Sequence record: NC_019407.1
Length of the DNA stretch: 64,000 nucleotides
Strand: one strand, 5' to 3'
This document shows, in pieces, positions 36,856-47,362 of the stretch (positions within the stretch are counted from its first letter, which is position 1; every line of letters begins with the position of its first letter). The notes beneath the pieces were generated by a model, which had not been told where the DNA came from, made no database searches, and saw nothing but the letters and a program-made list of their open reading frames with translations. A program made the translations under genes and the position numbers.

Positions 36856-39800
36856 TTGGTCGATATCGTCGCCGGCACGCCTGTGTCCGTCTCCTATTCG
36901 GGGGCGTCGACGACCTATGTCGCGGCGGAAACGGGCCTGATGACCGTCCACCTGTGGGGCGGTGCGGGCGCGGGCGGCTATTACGCCAACGGCTCGGGCA
37001 ACGCCAACAAGTACGGCGGCGCCGGCGGCTACGCCACGCTCAACTTCCTGGTCCAGGAAGGCGACGTCCTGACGATCGAGGTTGGCCAGGGCGGGCAGGT
37101 CGCCACGGGCTCGGGCACCACGGCGACGGCGGGCGGCGCCGGCGGCTGGCCCGACGGCGGCTATGGCGGCAAGTCTTCGACCAACACTTCGATCGGTTTT
37201 GGCGGCGGCGGCGGCTCGACCCGCCTCTACCGCAATGGCGAACTGATCGGCGTCGCCGGCGGCGGCGGCGGCGCGACCGGCTTCTACCACGGCGGCAACG
37301 GCGGCGGCATGGTCGGTTTGGCCTCGGCCGACGCCTCCTCGGGCGCGGGCGGCACCCAGAGCGCGGGCGGCGCCGCCGGCTCGGGCACCCTGGCGATCCA
37401 GACCGGTCTAGGATTCCAAGGCGGGCGCGGTGGCGCGACCGCCTCGACCGCGCACGCCTATGCCGGCGGTGGCGGCGGCGGCGGGCTCTATGGCGGCGCC
37501 TCCAACGGCGGCGGCTCCGGCGCGCACGGATCGGGCGGCGGCGGCTCGGGCTATATCAACCAGAACCTCCTCTACTCTGGCCGTCTCCAGGCGGGCCGCA
37601 TCGACGCGCTCGGCGTGCCGTTCGATGTCGCCGGCATCCGCCCGGCCGGCGTCGCCGAGGGTGGCACGGGTCCGACGGTCGCGAGCACCGGCTGGGGCTC
37701 GATCACGCCGGGCGGCGACGGTTTCGCCTATCTGTCCCTCACCTCCGTGGCCTCGGCGACGGCCTTCCCGACCTCGGGTACGACCACGCTGGCCTATAGC
37801 GGCTCCCGGCAGGTCTATACGGTCACCCAGCTTTCCACCGTCGACATCGAGATGTGGGGCGGCGGCGGCGGCGGCGGCTTCTACACCTCTGGCGGGGCCT
37901 CGCCGCGCTATGGCGGCGCGGGCGGCTACACCAAGTTCACCAAGGTCCTGTTCCCCGGCGATATCGTCGAAATCGAGGTCGGTCAAGGCGGTCAGGCCCC
38001 GACCGGGGTCGGCGGCAATATCGGCGGCTTTGGCGGCTGGCCCAACGGCGGCGACGGCGGACGCTCGTCGGTTAACTCCGCCACCAACATGGGCGGCGGC
38101 GGCGGCTCGACCAACATCTATGTCAACGGACGTCTGCTCGGCGTCGCCTCGGGCGGCGGTGGCTCGACCGGTTTCTACAACGGCGGCAATGGCGGGGGCA
38201 AGTGGGGTCTTGCCGACGCCGCCGCCGCATCCGGCACGGCGGGCACCTGGGCGCGGGACAACAGCACTGGCACGGGCCTGGGGCGCGGCTTCTTCCTGCG
38301 CGGCGGCCATGGCTCGCCCAACGAATCGCGTGACGTCGCCCATCCCAACGCGGGCGCGGGCGGCGGCGGCGGCTACTGGGGCGGCGGCGGCGCGCGCGGC
38401 GGCTCGGGCACCCACGGCGCGGGTGGCGGCGGCTGCGGCTTCATCAACGGCGACCTGACCTGGAACCGCGACTATCAATGGGGCACGCAAGGCACCGGCC
38501 AGCCCTATACGGGCGGGGCCTACACTAGCGGCGTGGCCGTCGGCGGCACCAGCGGCAATACCGCCGGCTCGACGACCAATGGCGGCGACGGCCAGATCGT
38601 CTTCACCGTCACGGCCGCCAGCACCACGACCCTGCCGTCCGACAAGAACGCGCTGACCTATAGCGGCGCGGTCCAACACTATGTCGTCCCCACCGCCGGC
38701 GTCATTGACCTGAAGATGTGGGGCTCGGGCGGCGGCTCGGCCGTGCGTTCCACCGGCACGCCGGGACGTGGCGGCGGCGGCGGCTGCACGCAGGTTCCCT
38801 TCATCCCGATCAAGCCGGGCGATATCGTCACGTTCGCCGTGGGGCAAGGCGGCCGAGGCGCGGTCGACGCCAACTCCATCTCGCCCGGCGGCTGGCCCAA
38901 CGGGGGCTATTCGGGTCCGTCGGCCTCGGCCGGCGGCGGCGGCGCCAGCCTGTGCTACCTCAATGGCGAGCTAGTCGCGGTCGCCGGCTCCGGCGCGGGC
39001 GCGGGCATCTCCAACGGGGGTTTCGCCGGCGGCGCGGCCTCGTGCGATCCGGGCTACGTCAACTTCACCTCCCACGGGGGCACCCAGACCACGGCGGGCT
39101 GGTGCCCCACGCGTGTCCTCGAAGGCACCACCTACGGCACCTACATGCTGGGCGGCGATGGCCAGATCGACGGCGTCGCCCCCAACAACGTCAACGTCAA
39201 TACCGGCGGCGGCGGCGGCGGTGGCTACTATGGCGGCGGTGGCAACGCCACCAACTCCAGTCGCTATTGGGGCGGCGGCGGCGGCTCGGGCTACATCAAC
39301 CCGAAGTTCGCTGGCACCATCATTGGCGCGACCAGCGTCAACGCCGCCAACAACACCGATCCCGACTATGTCGCAGGCGTCGGCGTCGCGGGCGTCGGCT
39401 CGACGACCTACGCCAATCCCGTCACCAACGGCGGCGATGGCCGGATCGTCTTTACCTATGACACGCCGCCCAATCTGGTAGAAAGCCTGACCACGGCGGT
39501 GCCCGTCGACGGGGCGGTCAAGACCTACATCGTCGGCGCCGACGGTGATCTCGTCCTCGACCTGTGGGGCGGCGGCGGCGGCGCGGCGACCATTCTGGGC
39601 GGCGGTGGCAGCGAGCGCGGCGGCGGCGGCGGCTATGTCGGCGGCACCTATCCGGTCACCGCCGGGCAGGTCATCCGGTTCTATAATGGGCGCGGCGGCG
39701 GCGGCGGGGTCTATACGAGTGGCACGGCCACGGCGCTGGTGGGGACCGGCGGTCCAAGCGGCTGGCCCGATGGCGGTGCAGGCGGCTATTATGCCGGCGC

Positions 39801-42800
39801 GGGATCGAATGGCATCCTGGCGGGCGCTGGCGGCGGCTCCTCGCGTGTCTATGTCGACGACCAACTGATCCTCGTGGCCGGTGGCGGCGGCGGCGGCGGC
39901 GCGGGCACCACCACGACCACGCCGGGCGGCGGCGGCGGCTCGACGGGCGGCGACTCCGATGCGCCTGCGGGCCGCAACTTCGGGGCCACTCAGGCACGTG
40001 GCGGCTATAACTCCAACCGTCCGACCGATACGGTTTCGTCGGGTGGTCTCTTCCGAGGCGGCGCGGGCTATCTCTCGGGTGGTTCAAGCAGCATCAGCGC
40101 TCAATCGGCGGGCGGCGGCGGCGGCGGCGGCCTATTTGGCGGCGGCGGCTCGGGTAGCTCGGTCACCTATATTGGGGGCTCGGGCGGTTCCGGGTTCATC
40201 TTCGACGGGCTGGTGGTCTCGAAGAAGGACCCCTATCGCGCCGATGTCATCGCCCAGATGTCCTTCGAGTCCGGCGCGGTCGTCGCCGACGGGCGAGTGT
40301 GTGAAATCCAGCCGATCGACACTCCGCCGACGGCGGTCACCACCTCGCCCAAATATGGAGCCTATTGCGGTAACTATCCTGGCAGCGGTCATAGCACCAT
40401 GCCCGTGCCGGCCTTTGGCCTGCAAAACTTCACGATCGAGGCGTGGTTCAATCCGTCCTCGCTCGGCAACGGGGTTCTCTTTGCCTATGGCAACAGCGGT
40501 GTCGGCGGTTTTTCGCTGCACTACGCTTCCACCACGCTTTACCTGCGCCACAATGGCGACGCCGCCACCGATGTAACTTGGGCTGACACGGGCCGCACCG
40601 CCAATGTCTGGGCGCACTATGCCGTCGTCCGCGACATGGCCGGCACGCGCGTCTACAAGGACGGCCGGCTGGTTATGTCCTATGCCAACTCGATTGGCAC
40701 GACCTTCACCGCCACCCAACTGACCCTGGCTAACTATACCGGAGCCTCGGGGGCCAGCACGCGCTTTTCGGGCCGGATCGACGAGTTCCGCGCCACCCTG
40801 GGCGCGTGCCGGTATGTCAAGCCGTTCGTTCCCTCGTCGTTCGCGGCGCCCCTGTCGACCCCGCTCCCGACCCTAACGACCATCACCCAGGCCCCGCAGG
40901 GCTCGTCGGGCAACGCCGCCAATAATACCGATACGAACTATATCGCTGGACGCGGCGTCGGCGCTCAGACGCGCCAAACCGCCGGCACCGCCCCGTCGGG
41001 CGGCGATGGTCAGATCAGTTATTTCATCGCCACCTCGACCATCTCGGCGTCCGGGCCGATCGGCACGGTCACGGTCTCGGGCCTGACCGACGCCGCCGCC
41101 GGCGCCTTCTATCCCCTGCCCGGCGTGGGCTCGGTCGTCGTCGAGCCCTACACGGGCGCACGCGTCAACTACGAGGTCACCGAGGCCGTCGGCGCGCGAA
41201 TCAAGGTCGAGATGTGGGGCGGCGGGGGCGGCGGCAGTTCGGCCAACACCGCCCTGACCACCAATGGCGGCGGCGGCGGCGGCTATACGGTCATCGAACT
41301 TGATCTCGTCCAGGGCGATCGGATCACCGTCCAGACGCCGTCGGGTGGCGCGGGCGGCGTCAACGCCGGTAGTGGCTCGGCGATCAACCTCGGCGGCTAT
41401 CCCGACGGCGGCGATGGTTATCGTCCGGCCTTCACGGCGCTCAACTGCGGCGGCGGCGGCTCGGCGCGCCTGTGGGCGCAAGGCAATCTAGCGGCGGTCG
41501 CTGGCGGCGGCGGCGGCGCGGCCTATGGCGGCGGCGGCTATGACTTCCCTGGCGGCGCGGGCGGCGGCAACCTCGGCGGTCCGGGCGCCTATGATGGCGT
41601 CAACGCTCCCTTCCCCAATGGCGGCGGTACCCAGATCGCCGGCGGCGCGGGCACGGCGAACGGTTTCAATGGAGCCTCGCTGCAAGGCGGGCACGGCGGC
41701 GTCACTCCCAGCGTCGCCAACAACGGCTGCGGCGGCGGCGGCGGTTATTACGGTGGCGGCGGCGGCGGCGCCTATAAGGCGGGCGGCGGCGGCTCGGGCT
41801 ACGTCAACACCGGTCTGCCGGGCTACCGCACGGGCTCGACTACGGGCGGCTCTGGCAACCTGCCGGCCGGCATGTCTTCGCCTAACTACGTCTCGGGCAT
41901 CGGCGTCGGCTCGAACGGCAAGGGTGGGGCGTTCACCAACGGCGGCAATGGCCGGATCGTCATTTCGGTCATCACCCCGACGCCGGGCAATGCGTCGGGG
42001 TCGATCGGCACCGTCAACGTCTCGGGTCTGGACGAGTTCGGCCTGCTGATCGGCGTTCCGACGGGTGATCTCGACACCATCGATGTCGTGGTTCCGGTCG
42101 GGCAATCGGGCCAGCCCGGTTTCGCCGAAGGCCCGCTGACCACCATCGGCGTGGGTCCGGCTGAGACGATCCCCCAGGCCCAGGCCGTCGTCATCGTTCC
42201 GATCAACGATCAGACCTCGATCCTGATCGAGCCGCCGATCAACGCGCCGCTGGAGGTCCCTGGCGAAGGGATCGGCGAACTTGACACGATCCTCGTCTCG
42301 CCGTTCGATTCGACCCAGACGGCCGGCGTCGCCTTCGATGCGGCGGACGTGCCGACCATCACCCTGGTCGCCCCCGAGGCCGAAGCGGTCGAGATTCCGC
42401 CGGTCCTGACGTCGGGCGACATCGGCACGGTCATCGTCACCGCGCCCGAGGCGACCACCCAGGTCATCCCGCCGGTCGAGACCAGCGGCGACATCGGCAC
42501 CATCACCGTCGTGACGGTGACGGGCGAGGCGTCGTGGAACAACAACGTCTCGGCCTCGGGCGACATCGGCACGATCATCGTTACCGTGCCCGACGTCGTG
42601 GCCGTGGGCGACGATCTGGCCGAAGGGCTGATCGGCACGATCACGGTGATCGCGCCCGAGGGCGTGGCGCTCCAGGACGCCAATGTCGCGGCCGACATCG
42701 GCACCATCTCGGTCTATCCGATCGAAGGCGGTCAGCCGGGCGACGCGGTCGGCGACATCCCCTATATCCAGGTGGTCACGCCGGGCGCGACGGTTAACGC

Positions 42801-45252
42801 CTCGTCGGGCGACGACATCTCGCTCTACGCCGACATCGGCACGATCTACGTCCTCCAGGTTTACGGCCAGGGCTTCTGGATTTCCGAGGACAACTACGTC
42901 CACGCCCTGCCCGATCCGCTGATCGTCACCACCACCGCGCCGGAAGGTTCGGCGCGAGGCGACGTCCATATCGTCCAGGTCCTGCCGACCATCGTCGTCA
43001 CCCCGCCGGCCCCGGCCGCGACGGGCGAGGGTTTTGTTGACGGTTACACGGGCGACTTCATCATCCTGGTCGACCCGCCGGTTCCGCTGACGGAACTGAA
43101 CGCGAACGTCAACGTGGCGATGCCGCCGCCGATCGTCATCAATGGCAATGACGCGGAAACCTCGCTCGACGTCACGATCCCGTTCAGCGATACGGCGGTG
43201 TTCGTCTCCGGTCCCGAGGCCCTGGGCCTGGGCTTCCATGGCGGCGAGATGGGGCCGCCGATCCTGGTCACGCCGCCGGAAGGCGGGCCTGAGATTTCGG
43301 TCGAAATCTTTGTTGACCCCGGCACGATCCTGGTGGAGGCCCCGCGCTTCCACTATATCCCGCCGATCACGGTGCTCCCGCCTGAAGGGGTGGCGCTGGA
43401 CGCGCACTCGGCCGAGGCCTCCGGCGATCTGGGCACCATCACCATCGGGGTCCCGACTGGCGGCTATCAAGCCAACGTCGCCATCAACCTGCCGCTGCCG
43501 ACGATCTTCGTCAATGTCCCGCAGGTCGTGGTCTTCGCCTCGGTCGCCGTCTCGGGTGACGTCGGGACCATCACGCTCACGCCGCCTGACGCCACGCTGA
43601 CGGCGGGCGTCGATGCGTCGTTCGCCCTGCCCGGCCCGATTGTCGTCTCGACGCCCGAAGCCACGGCGACGGCGGGCTCCTCGGCGGCGACGTCCGGCGC
43701 CCTGGGCACGATCACGATCACGCCGCCCGAGGGTTTGGTCTCGACCGGCACGGCGGCGGCGACCTCGGGCGCGATTGGCACGATCGTCGTGTCGCCGTTC
43801 GACGGCAGCGTCTTCATCTCCTATCCGGGCAATGCGTCTGGCGCGATCGGTACGATCATCGTCACCCCGCCGGCGGCGAGCCTCACCCACGGGCACGACC
43901 TGTCGATCGCCCTGCCCGGCCCGATTATCATCACCGCGCCTGAGGCTCAACCTCAGGCGGGCGCGACGGTCTCGGGTGATATCGGCACGATCATCGTCAC
44001 CCCGCTCGACGGGCATGCCACCGGCGATACCGTCCTGGCTTCGGGGGATATTGGCACGATCGTCGTCTCCACCCCGGACGGCGAAGCGACGGGACGTGGT
44101 CTGGGCTCGGGTGCGATCGGCACGATCGTCATCACCCCGCCGGCCGCGACCCTGACGGCGGAGGCCAACAAGGCGGTCGCCCTGCCCGGCCCGATCATCG
44201 TCACCCCGCTGACCGGCGTGGGTCAGGTCCCCGCTGCGGCGGCGGGTGATCTGGCGACGATCACGATCACCAGCGTCCCCGAGGCGACGCTGTCGATCGG
44301 CCAGGACATTTCGGCCCAGATCGGAACCATCACGGTCACCCCGCCCGAGGCGTTCCCGCAAGGCTCGGTGTTCGTCGATCCGACCGACGAGATGGTCGTG
44401 CAGCTTCTGCCGCCGCAGGCCATCCTCTTCCAGGAAGCCACGGTCATCGTCGGCTTCCCGACGGTCTACCTGATCGCGCCCGAGGCCATCACCTATTCGC
44501 TGGCCGAGTTCGCCTCGATCACCTTGCTGCCGCCGGACGCCTATGTCGACGTCCCGCTGCCGCTGGGCAAGAACCGCATCCGCTATCGCCGCAACAACAC
44601 CGCCGGGCTCGCTCCGACCAGCCTGCGGCCCAACGAAATCGCGCTGAACGAGACCGACGGCCTGCTGTTCACGCGTGACGGGTCCGGCGCGGTCAAGGCC
44701 ACGCCGCTGGGCTTCCTGACCGGCGCGGGCGTACCCCCGCCGGTCACCGACAACGGCAAGGTCCTGTCGGGCGGCCTGTCTTGGGAAACGCCCAACACCC
44801 GCTATCTCCTGCCGGTGCGCAACGCGCCGCCGGCTGGCACGCGCATCGCCCTGGGCGAGGGCGTGGTTGGCGTTACGACCTTCACCCCGACGGTCGACGT
44901 CACCTACACGCGTCCGTTCTTCGTGGCCAAGACCATCGACATCCAGGCGCTGTCGGTGGATGTGGTGGGCGCCGCCGCCGCCACGGCCGAACTGGGCCTG
45001 ATCGGCTGGTCCCTGTCGGGCGTGCCCGGCGCGACCCTGGCGCTCGGTACGGTTAGCACCGCGACCACCGGCATCAAGACCGCGACCGGCACGGCCGTGA
45101 CCTTGACGCCGGGCTGGTATGCCTCCACCTTCAAGGTCACCGGCGCGGCGGGGGCGGCGTTCCGGGCTCCGACCGCACCGACGGCGATCGCGCCGGACTT
45201 CACCGTGACGCCGGGCGCCCCGGCGCCGGTCATGGCTGACCTGGAGGCCTAA
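36856..45252 (+). CDS. Giant virion appendage / adhesin-like protein (2798 aa): five Gly-rich units, LamG domain, ~24-aa SGDIGTI repeats, C-terminal fibre-like domain
   Basis: (L/M)WGG repeats; FTIEAW/WAHYAVVR/GRIDEFR LamG motifs; repeated GxIGTIxVxxPEA; TTG start uncertain. Confidence 0.75.
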   Translation: MVDIVAGTPVSVSYSGASTTYVAAETGLMTVHLWGGAGAGGYYANGSGNANKYGGAGGYATLNFLVQEGDVLTIEVGQGGQVATGSGTTATAGGAGGWPDGGYGGKSSTNTSIGFGGGGGSTRLYRNGELIGVAGGGGGATGFYHGGNGGGMVGLASADASSGAGGTQSAGGAAGSGTLAIQTGLGFQGGRGGATASTAHAYAGGGGGGGLYGGASNGGGSGAHGSGGGGSGYINQNLLYSGRLQAGRIDALGVPFDVAGIRPAGVAEGGTGPTVASTGWGSITPGGDGFAYLSLTSVASATAFPTSGTTTLAYSGSRQVYTVTQLSTVDIEMWGGGGGGGFYTSGGASPRYGGAGGYTKFTKVLFPGDIVEIEVGQGGQAPTGVGGNIGGFGGWPNGGDGGRSSVNSATNMGGGGGSTNIYVNGRLLGVASGGGGSTGFYNGGNGGGKWGLADAAAASGTAGTWARDNSTGTGLGRGFFLRGGHGSPNESRDVAHPNAGAGGGGGYWGGGGARGGSGTHGAGGGGCGFINGDLTWNRDYQWGTQGTGQPYTGGAYTSGVAVGGTSGNTAGSTTNGGDGQIVFTVTAASTTTLPSDKNALTYSGAVQHYVVPTAGVIDLKMWGSGGGSAVRSTGTPGRGGGGGCTQVPFIPIKPGDIVTFAVGQGGRGAVDANSISPGGWPNGGYSGPSASAGGGGASLCYLNGELVAVAGSGAGAGISNGGFAGGAASCDPGYVNFTSHGGTQTTAGWCPTRVLEGTTYGTYMLGGDGQIDGVAPNNVNVNTGGGGGGGYYGGGGNATNSSRYWGGGGGSGYINPKFAGTIIGATSVNAANNTDPDYVAGVGVAGVGSTTYANPVTNGGDGRIVFTYDTPPNLVESLTTAVPVDGAVKTYIVGADGDLVLDLWGGGGGAATILGGGGSERGGGGGYVGGTYPVTAGQVIRFYNGRGGGGGVYTSGTATALVGTGGPSGWPDGGAGGYYAGAGSNGILAGAGGGSSRVYVDDQLILVAGGGGGGGAGTTTTTPGGGGGSTGGDSDAPAGRNFGATQARGGYNSNRPTDTVSSGGLFRGGAGYLSGGSSSISAQSAGGGGGGGLFGGGGSGSSVTYIGGSGGSGFIFDGLVVSKKDPYRADVIAQMSFESGAVVADGRVCEIQPIDTPPTAVTTSPKYGAYCGNYPGSGHSTMPVPAFGLQNFTIEAWFNPSSLGNGVLFAYGNSGVGGFSLHYASTTLYLRHNGDAATDVTWADTGRTANVWAHYAVVRDMAGTRVYKDGRLVMSYANSIGTTFTATQLTLANYTGASGASTRFSGRIDEFRATLGACRYVKPFVPSSFAAPLSTPLPTLTTITQAPQGSSGNAANNTDTNYIAGRGVGAQTRQTAGTAPSGGDGQISYFIATSTISASGPIGTVTVSGLTDAAAGAFYPLPGVGSVVVEPYTGARVNYEVTEAVGARIKVEMWGGGGGGSSANTALTTNGGGGGGYTVIELDLVQGDRITVQTPSGGAGGVNAGSGSAINLGGYPDGGDGYRPAFTALNCGGGGSARLWAQGNLAAVAGGGGGAAYGGGGYDFPGGAGGGNLGGPGAYDGVNAPFPNGGGTQIAGGAGTANGFNGASLQGGHGGVTPSVANNGCGGGGGYYGGGGGGAYKAGGGGSGYVNTGLPGYRTGSTTGGSGNLPAGMSSPNYVSGIGVGSNGKGGAFTNGGNGRIVISVITPTPGNASGSIGTVNVSGLDEFGLLIGVPTGDLDTIDVVVPVGQSGQPGFAEGPLTTIGVGPAETIPQAQAVVIVPINDQTSILIEPPINAPLEVPGEGIGELDTILVSPFDSTQTAGVAFDAADVPTITLVAPEAEAVEIPPVLTSGDIGTVIVTAPEATTQVIPPVETSGDIGTITVVTVTGEASWNNNVSASGDIGTIIVTVPDVVAVGDDLAEGLIGTITVIAPEGVALQDANVAADIGTISVYPIEGGQPGDAVGDIPYIQVVTPGATVNASSGDDISLYADIGTIYVLQVYGQGFWISEDNYVHALPDPLIVTTTAPEGSARGDVHIVQVLPTIVVTPPAPAATGEGFVDGYTGDFIILVDPPVPLTELNANVNVAMPPPIVINGNDAETSLDVTIPFSDTAVFVSGPEALGLGFHGGEMGPPILVTPPEGGPEISVEIFVDPGTILVEAPRFHYIPPITVLPPEGVALDAHSAEASGDLGTITIGVPTGGYQANVAINLPLPTIFVNVPQVVVFASVAVSGDVGTITLTPPDATLTAGVDASFALPGPIVVSTPEATATAGSSAATSGALGTITITPPEGLVSTGTAAATSGAIGTIVVSPFDGSVFISYPGNASGAIGTIIVTPPAASLTHGHDLSIALPGPIIITAPEAQPQAGATVSGDIGTIIVTPLDGHATGDTVLASGDIGTIVVSTPDGEATGRGLGSGAIGTIVITPPAATLTAEANKAVALPGPIIVTPLTGVGQVPAAAAGDLATITITSVPEATLSIGQDISAQIGTITVTPPEAFPQGSVFVDPTDEMVVQLLPPQAILFQEATVIVGFPTVYLIAPEAITYSLAEFASITLLPPDAYVDVPLPLGKNRIRYRRNNTAGLAPTSLRPNEIALNETDGLLFTRDGSGAVKATPLGFLTGAGVPPPVTDNGKVLSGGLSWETPNTRYLLPVRNAPPAGTRIALGEGVVGVTTFTPTVDVTYTRPFFVAKTIDIQALSVDVVGAAAATAELGLIGWSLSGVPGATLALGTVSTATTGIKTATGTAVTLTPGWYASTFKVTGAAGAAFRAPTAPTAIAPDFTVTPGAPAPVMADLEA

Positions 45253-45255
45253 GAC

Positions 45256-45924
45256 ATGCCGACCAACATCAACATGCCGCCGGACTCCACCCTGCTGGCG
45301 GACATCCTGCTCAATGGCGGGGCGGGCGCGCCGGCGGACCTGGAGGACGGCGAACTCTACATCGACGAGGCGGGCCGCACGCTCTATGTCGAGACCGTGG
45401 TCGGCGTCCAGCCTATCCCACTCGACGTCGGCTATGTCCCGCGCCGCCCCAGCGGCACGCCGCTCGACTACGTGGTCAACAAGACCGAGACTGGCGCCGA
45501 GTGGGGGCCGCTGGACGGCGGTGCGGGCGGCTCGCCGTTCGATGCGGCCGAGTTCCGCGTCCCCGGTTTGGCCCCCACGGGCCTGGACACGGTCGTCATG
45601 CCCGGCGCCTCCGGAGGCCTGGGCCTGTTCGAGATGCCGATCCAGGACGTGCTCCTGAGCATCCGCGTACACGCCTCGGCGGGCGCGGGGTCCGTGACCG
45701 TGGCGCTCTATCCGTACAACGGCTCGCTCGGCTCGCTGATCTTCACCCAGACCCTGACCTTCGCCGCCCCCGAGGCCCAGGTCGTGCCCGTGTCCCAGCC
45801 CCTGACGCCGGGCGTCTACGCCTGGGTCTGGACCGGGACCGACGGCCTGACTCTCGACGCGATCAAGGGCTCGCTCCCGTGGGCGACGCGCGAGCAAACC
45901 CATCCCGTGGCGATGAAGTTCTAA
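45256..45924 (+). CDS. Fibre-associated protein (222 aa)
   Basis: PADLEDGELYIDE..RTLYV motif resembling the C-terminus of the upstream giant protein. Confidence 0.7.
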   Translation: MPTNINMPPDSTLLADILLNGGAGAPADLEDGELYIDEAGRTLYVETVVGVQPIPLDVGYVPRRPSGTPLDYVVNKTETGAEWGPLDGGAGGSPFDAAEFRVPGLAPTGLDTVVMPGASGGLGLFEMPIQDVLLSIRVHASAGAGSVTVALYPYNGSLGSLIFTQTLTFAAPEAQVVPVSQPLTPGVYAWVWTGTDGLTLDAIKGSLPWATREQTHPVAMKF

Positions 45925-45926
45925 CG

Positions 45927-46703
45927 ATGGCGATCCAGAACCCCCATTCCACCACGCCCGGCACCATGCCGCACCTGACGCCCGGCGAGGTCGGCGTCAA
46001 CAAGGCCGACGACATTCTCTGGTTCCGCTCCCAGGGTCGGCGGGTGCCGATCACCCTGAGCGACCTTACCCGCGCCCCACCTGCGGACGGCTATGTGGGC
46101 GCGCCCCTGGCCCTGGAGGGTGGCGCTCCGGTCTGGAACGTCAAGCTCTTGCCGTCCTCGATCGTCGCCGGCGCGGTCAAGGTCGATCTCCCGCCCGCCG
46201 CCGGCCTGCACGCCGTGCCGAGCGTCCTGCTCCAGGGCCTGGGGGCCGATCGCGCCCTGGCGACTAATGATCTGGACCTCACCCCCTTCTACGTGCGTTC
46301 CGATTCCATCACCCTGACCCATTTGGCGTTCAGCGTCCGCTCGGCTGGCGCGCCGGCCATGCGCGTAGGTATCGTCGACAGTTTCGGCGTCGTCCAGGCC
46401 GATGTCCTGGTCGCCGCGCCGGTCGTGGGCGCCAATGTCGTGGCGCTCTCGCCAGTCCTGACCCTCCAGCGCGGGGTTTATCGCACCATCCTGGCGACGA
46501 CGGGCGCGGTGACGGTGGGGATCGCCACGGGCGCGCGCATGGAGCAGGGCTGGGACATCATCGCCGACGCCCCGTCGTTCATCCACGGCTACAGCGGCAG
46601 CAAGAACACCGCCGGCGGCATCGGGAGCCTGCCGGCCTTGACCCCGCGCCGCGCCGCCGTTCCGGGGCAGGATCACGCCGTCCTCCTGCGCTGGACGGCG
46701 TGA
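45927..46703 (+). CDS. Fibre-associated protein (258 aa)
   Basis: ATG at 45927; PHLTPGEVGVNKADDILWF motif; C-domain resembles the preceding two ORFs. Confidence 0.7.
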   Translation: MAIQNPHSTTPGTMPHLTPGEVGVNKADDILWFRSQGRRVPITLSDLTRAPPADGYVGAPLALEGGAPVWNVKLLPSSIVAGAVKVDLPPAAGLHAVPSVLLQGLGADRALATNDLDLTPFYVRSDSITLTHLAFSVRSAGAPAMRVGIVDSFGVVQADVLVAAPVVGANVVALSPVLTLQRGVYRTILATTGAVTVGIATGARMEQGWDIIADAPSFIHGYSGSKNTAGGIGSLPALTPRRAAVPGQDHAVLLRWTA

Positions 46704-46735
46704 ATCTTGACACTCGGTCCAAATGCGGTTAACCT
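46697..46735 (+). promoter_or_regulatory. GANTC/-35 promoter
   Basis: GGCGTGAATC-TTGACA-N17-TAACCT. Confidence 0.7.
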
Positions 46736-46765
46736 GCGCGCTCATCTGGAGTTTCGAGCGCCATC

Positions 46766-47032
46766 ATGGCCGAGCTTGTCCGCATCTATCACCCCGAGAC
46801 GAACGAGCCGTTCGACGTGATCCCGTCGACCGCCGAACGTCTGCGCCTGGGTCAAGGTCTGGACGGTCTGGTGTGGCTCTCGCAGCCCTTCTCCCGCGCC
46901 GCTGCCGAAGAGCCGGCGCCGGAAGCCCCCAAGGGGCGAGGTCGTAAGCGCGTCGCCGCGCCCGTCTCGGACGAAGCCGAAGACGATGGCTGGCGTGACG
47001 CGCCGACCGAGGACGCTTCCGAAGCCGCGTAA
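46766..47032 (+). CDS. Small acidic protein with GRGRKR (88 aa)
   Basis: SD GGAG; composition like 32627..33010. Confidence 0.7.
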   Translation: MAELVRIYHPETNEPFDVIPSTAERLRLGQGLDGLVWLSQPFSRAAAEEPAPEAPKGRGRKRVAAPVSDEAEDDGWRDAPTEDASEAA

Positions 47033-47076
47033 GGCGCTTCCCCGTCCACTCTGCTGAAATTCGGTCTCAGTCCCAT

Positions 47077-47152
47077 GTCGGTCTAGCTCATGGGGTAGAG
47101 CGGCGGTCTCCAAAACCGCGCGTGGCAGGTTCGAGTCCTGCGACCGGCGCCA
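47077..47152 (+). tRNA. tRNA-Trp(CCA)
   Basis: Cloverleaf, loop CT-CCA-AA, TTCGAGT, encoded CCA. Confidence 0.9.
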
Positions 47153-47157
47153 TTTCC

Positions 47158-47232
47158 GCGTCCATCGTATATGGGTTATTGCTTCGCGTTGCCAACGCGA
47201 CGAACCGGGTTCGAGTCCCGGTGGACGCTCCA
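47158..47232 (+). tRNA. tRNA-Gly(GCC)
   Basis: Loop TT-GCC-AA, U73, CCA. Confidence 0.9.
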
Positions 47233-47238
47233 ATCCAG

Positions 47239-47312
47239 GCGGATATAGCTCAAAGGGAGAGCTACTGCCTTCCAAGCAGAAGATGCGGGTTCGAGCCCCG
47301 CTATCCGCTCCA
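47239..47312 (+). tRNA. tRNA-Gly(TCC)
   Basis: Loop CT-TCC-AA, CCA. Confidence 0.9.
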
Positions 47313-47333
47313 AAATTTTCTTCCACGACAAGC

Positions 47334-47362
47334 TTGACAGCCGTCGAGATTTGTGAGAGCCT
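47334..47362 (+). promoter_or_regulatory. Promoter of the Glu/Asp tRNA unit
   Basis: TTGACA-N17-GAGCCT with TGTG extension, same as at 48129. Confidence 0.7.

Noticed and set aside
46766-47032. Attenuator leader for Trp/Gly/Gly tRNAs
   Set aside because: 88 aa with ordinary composition and no terminator between it and tRNA-Trp.
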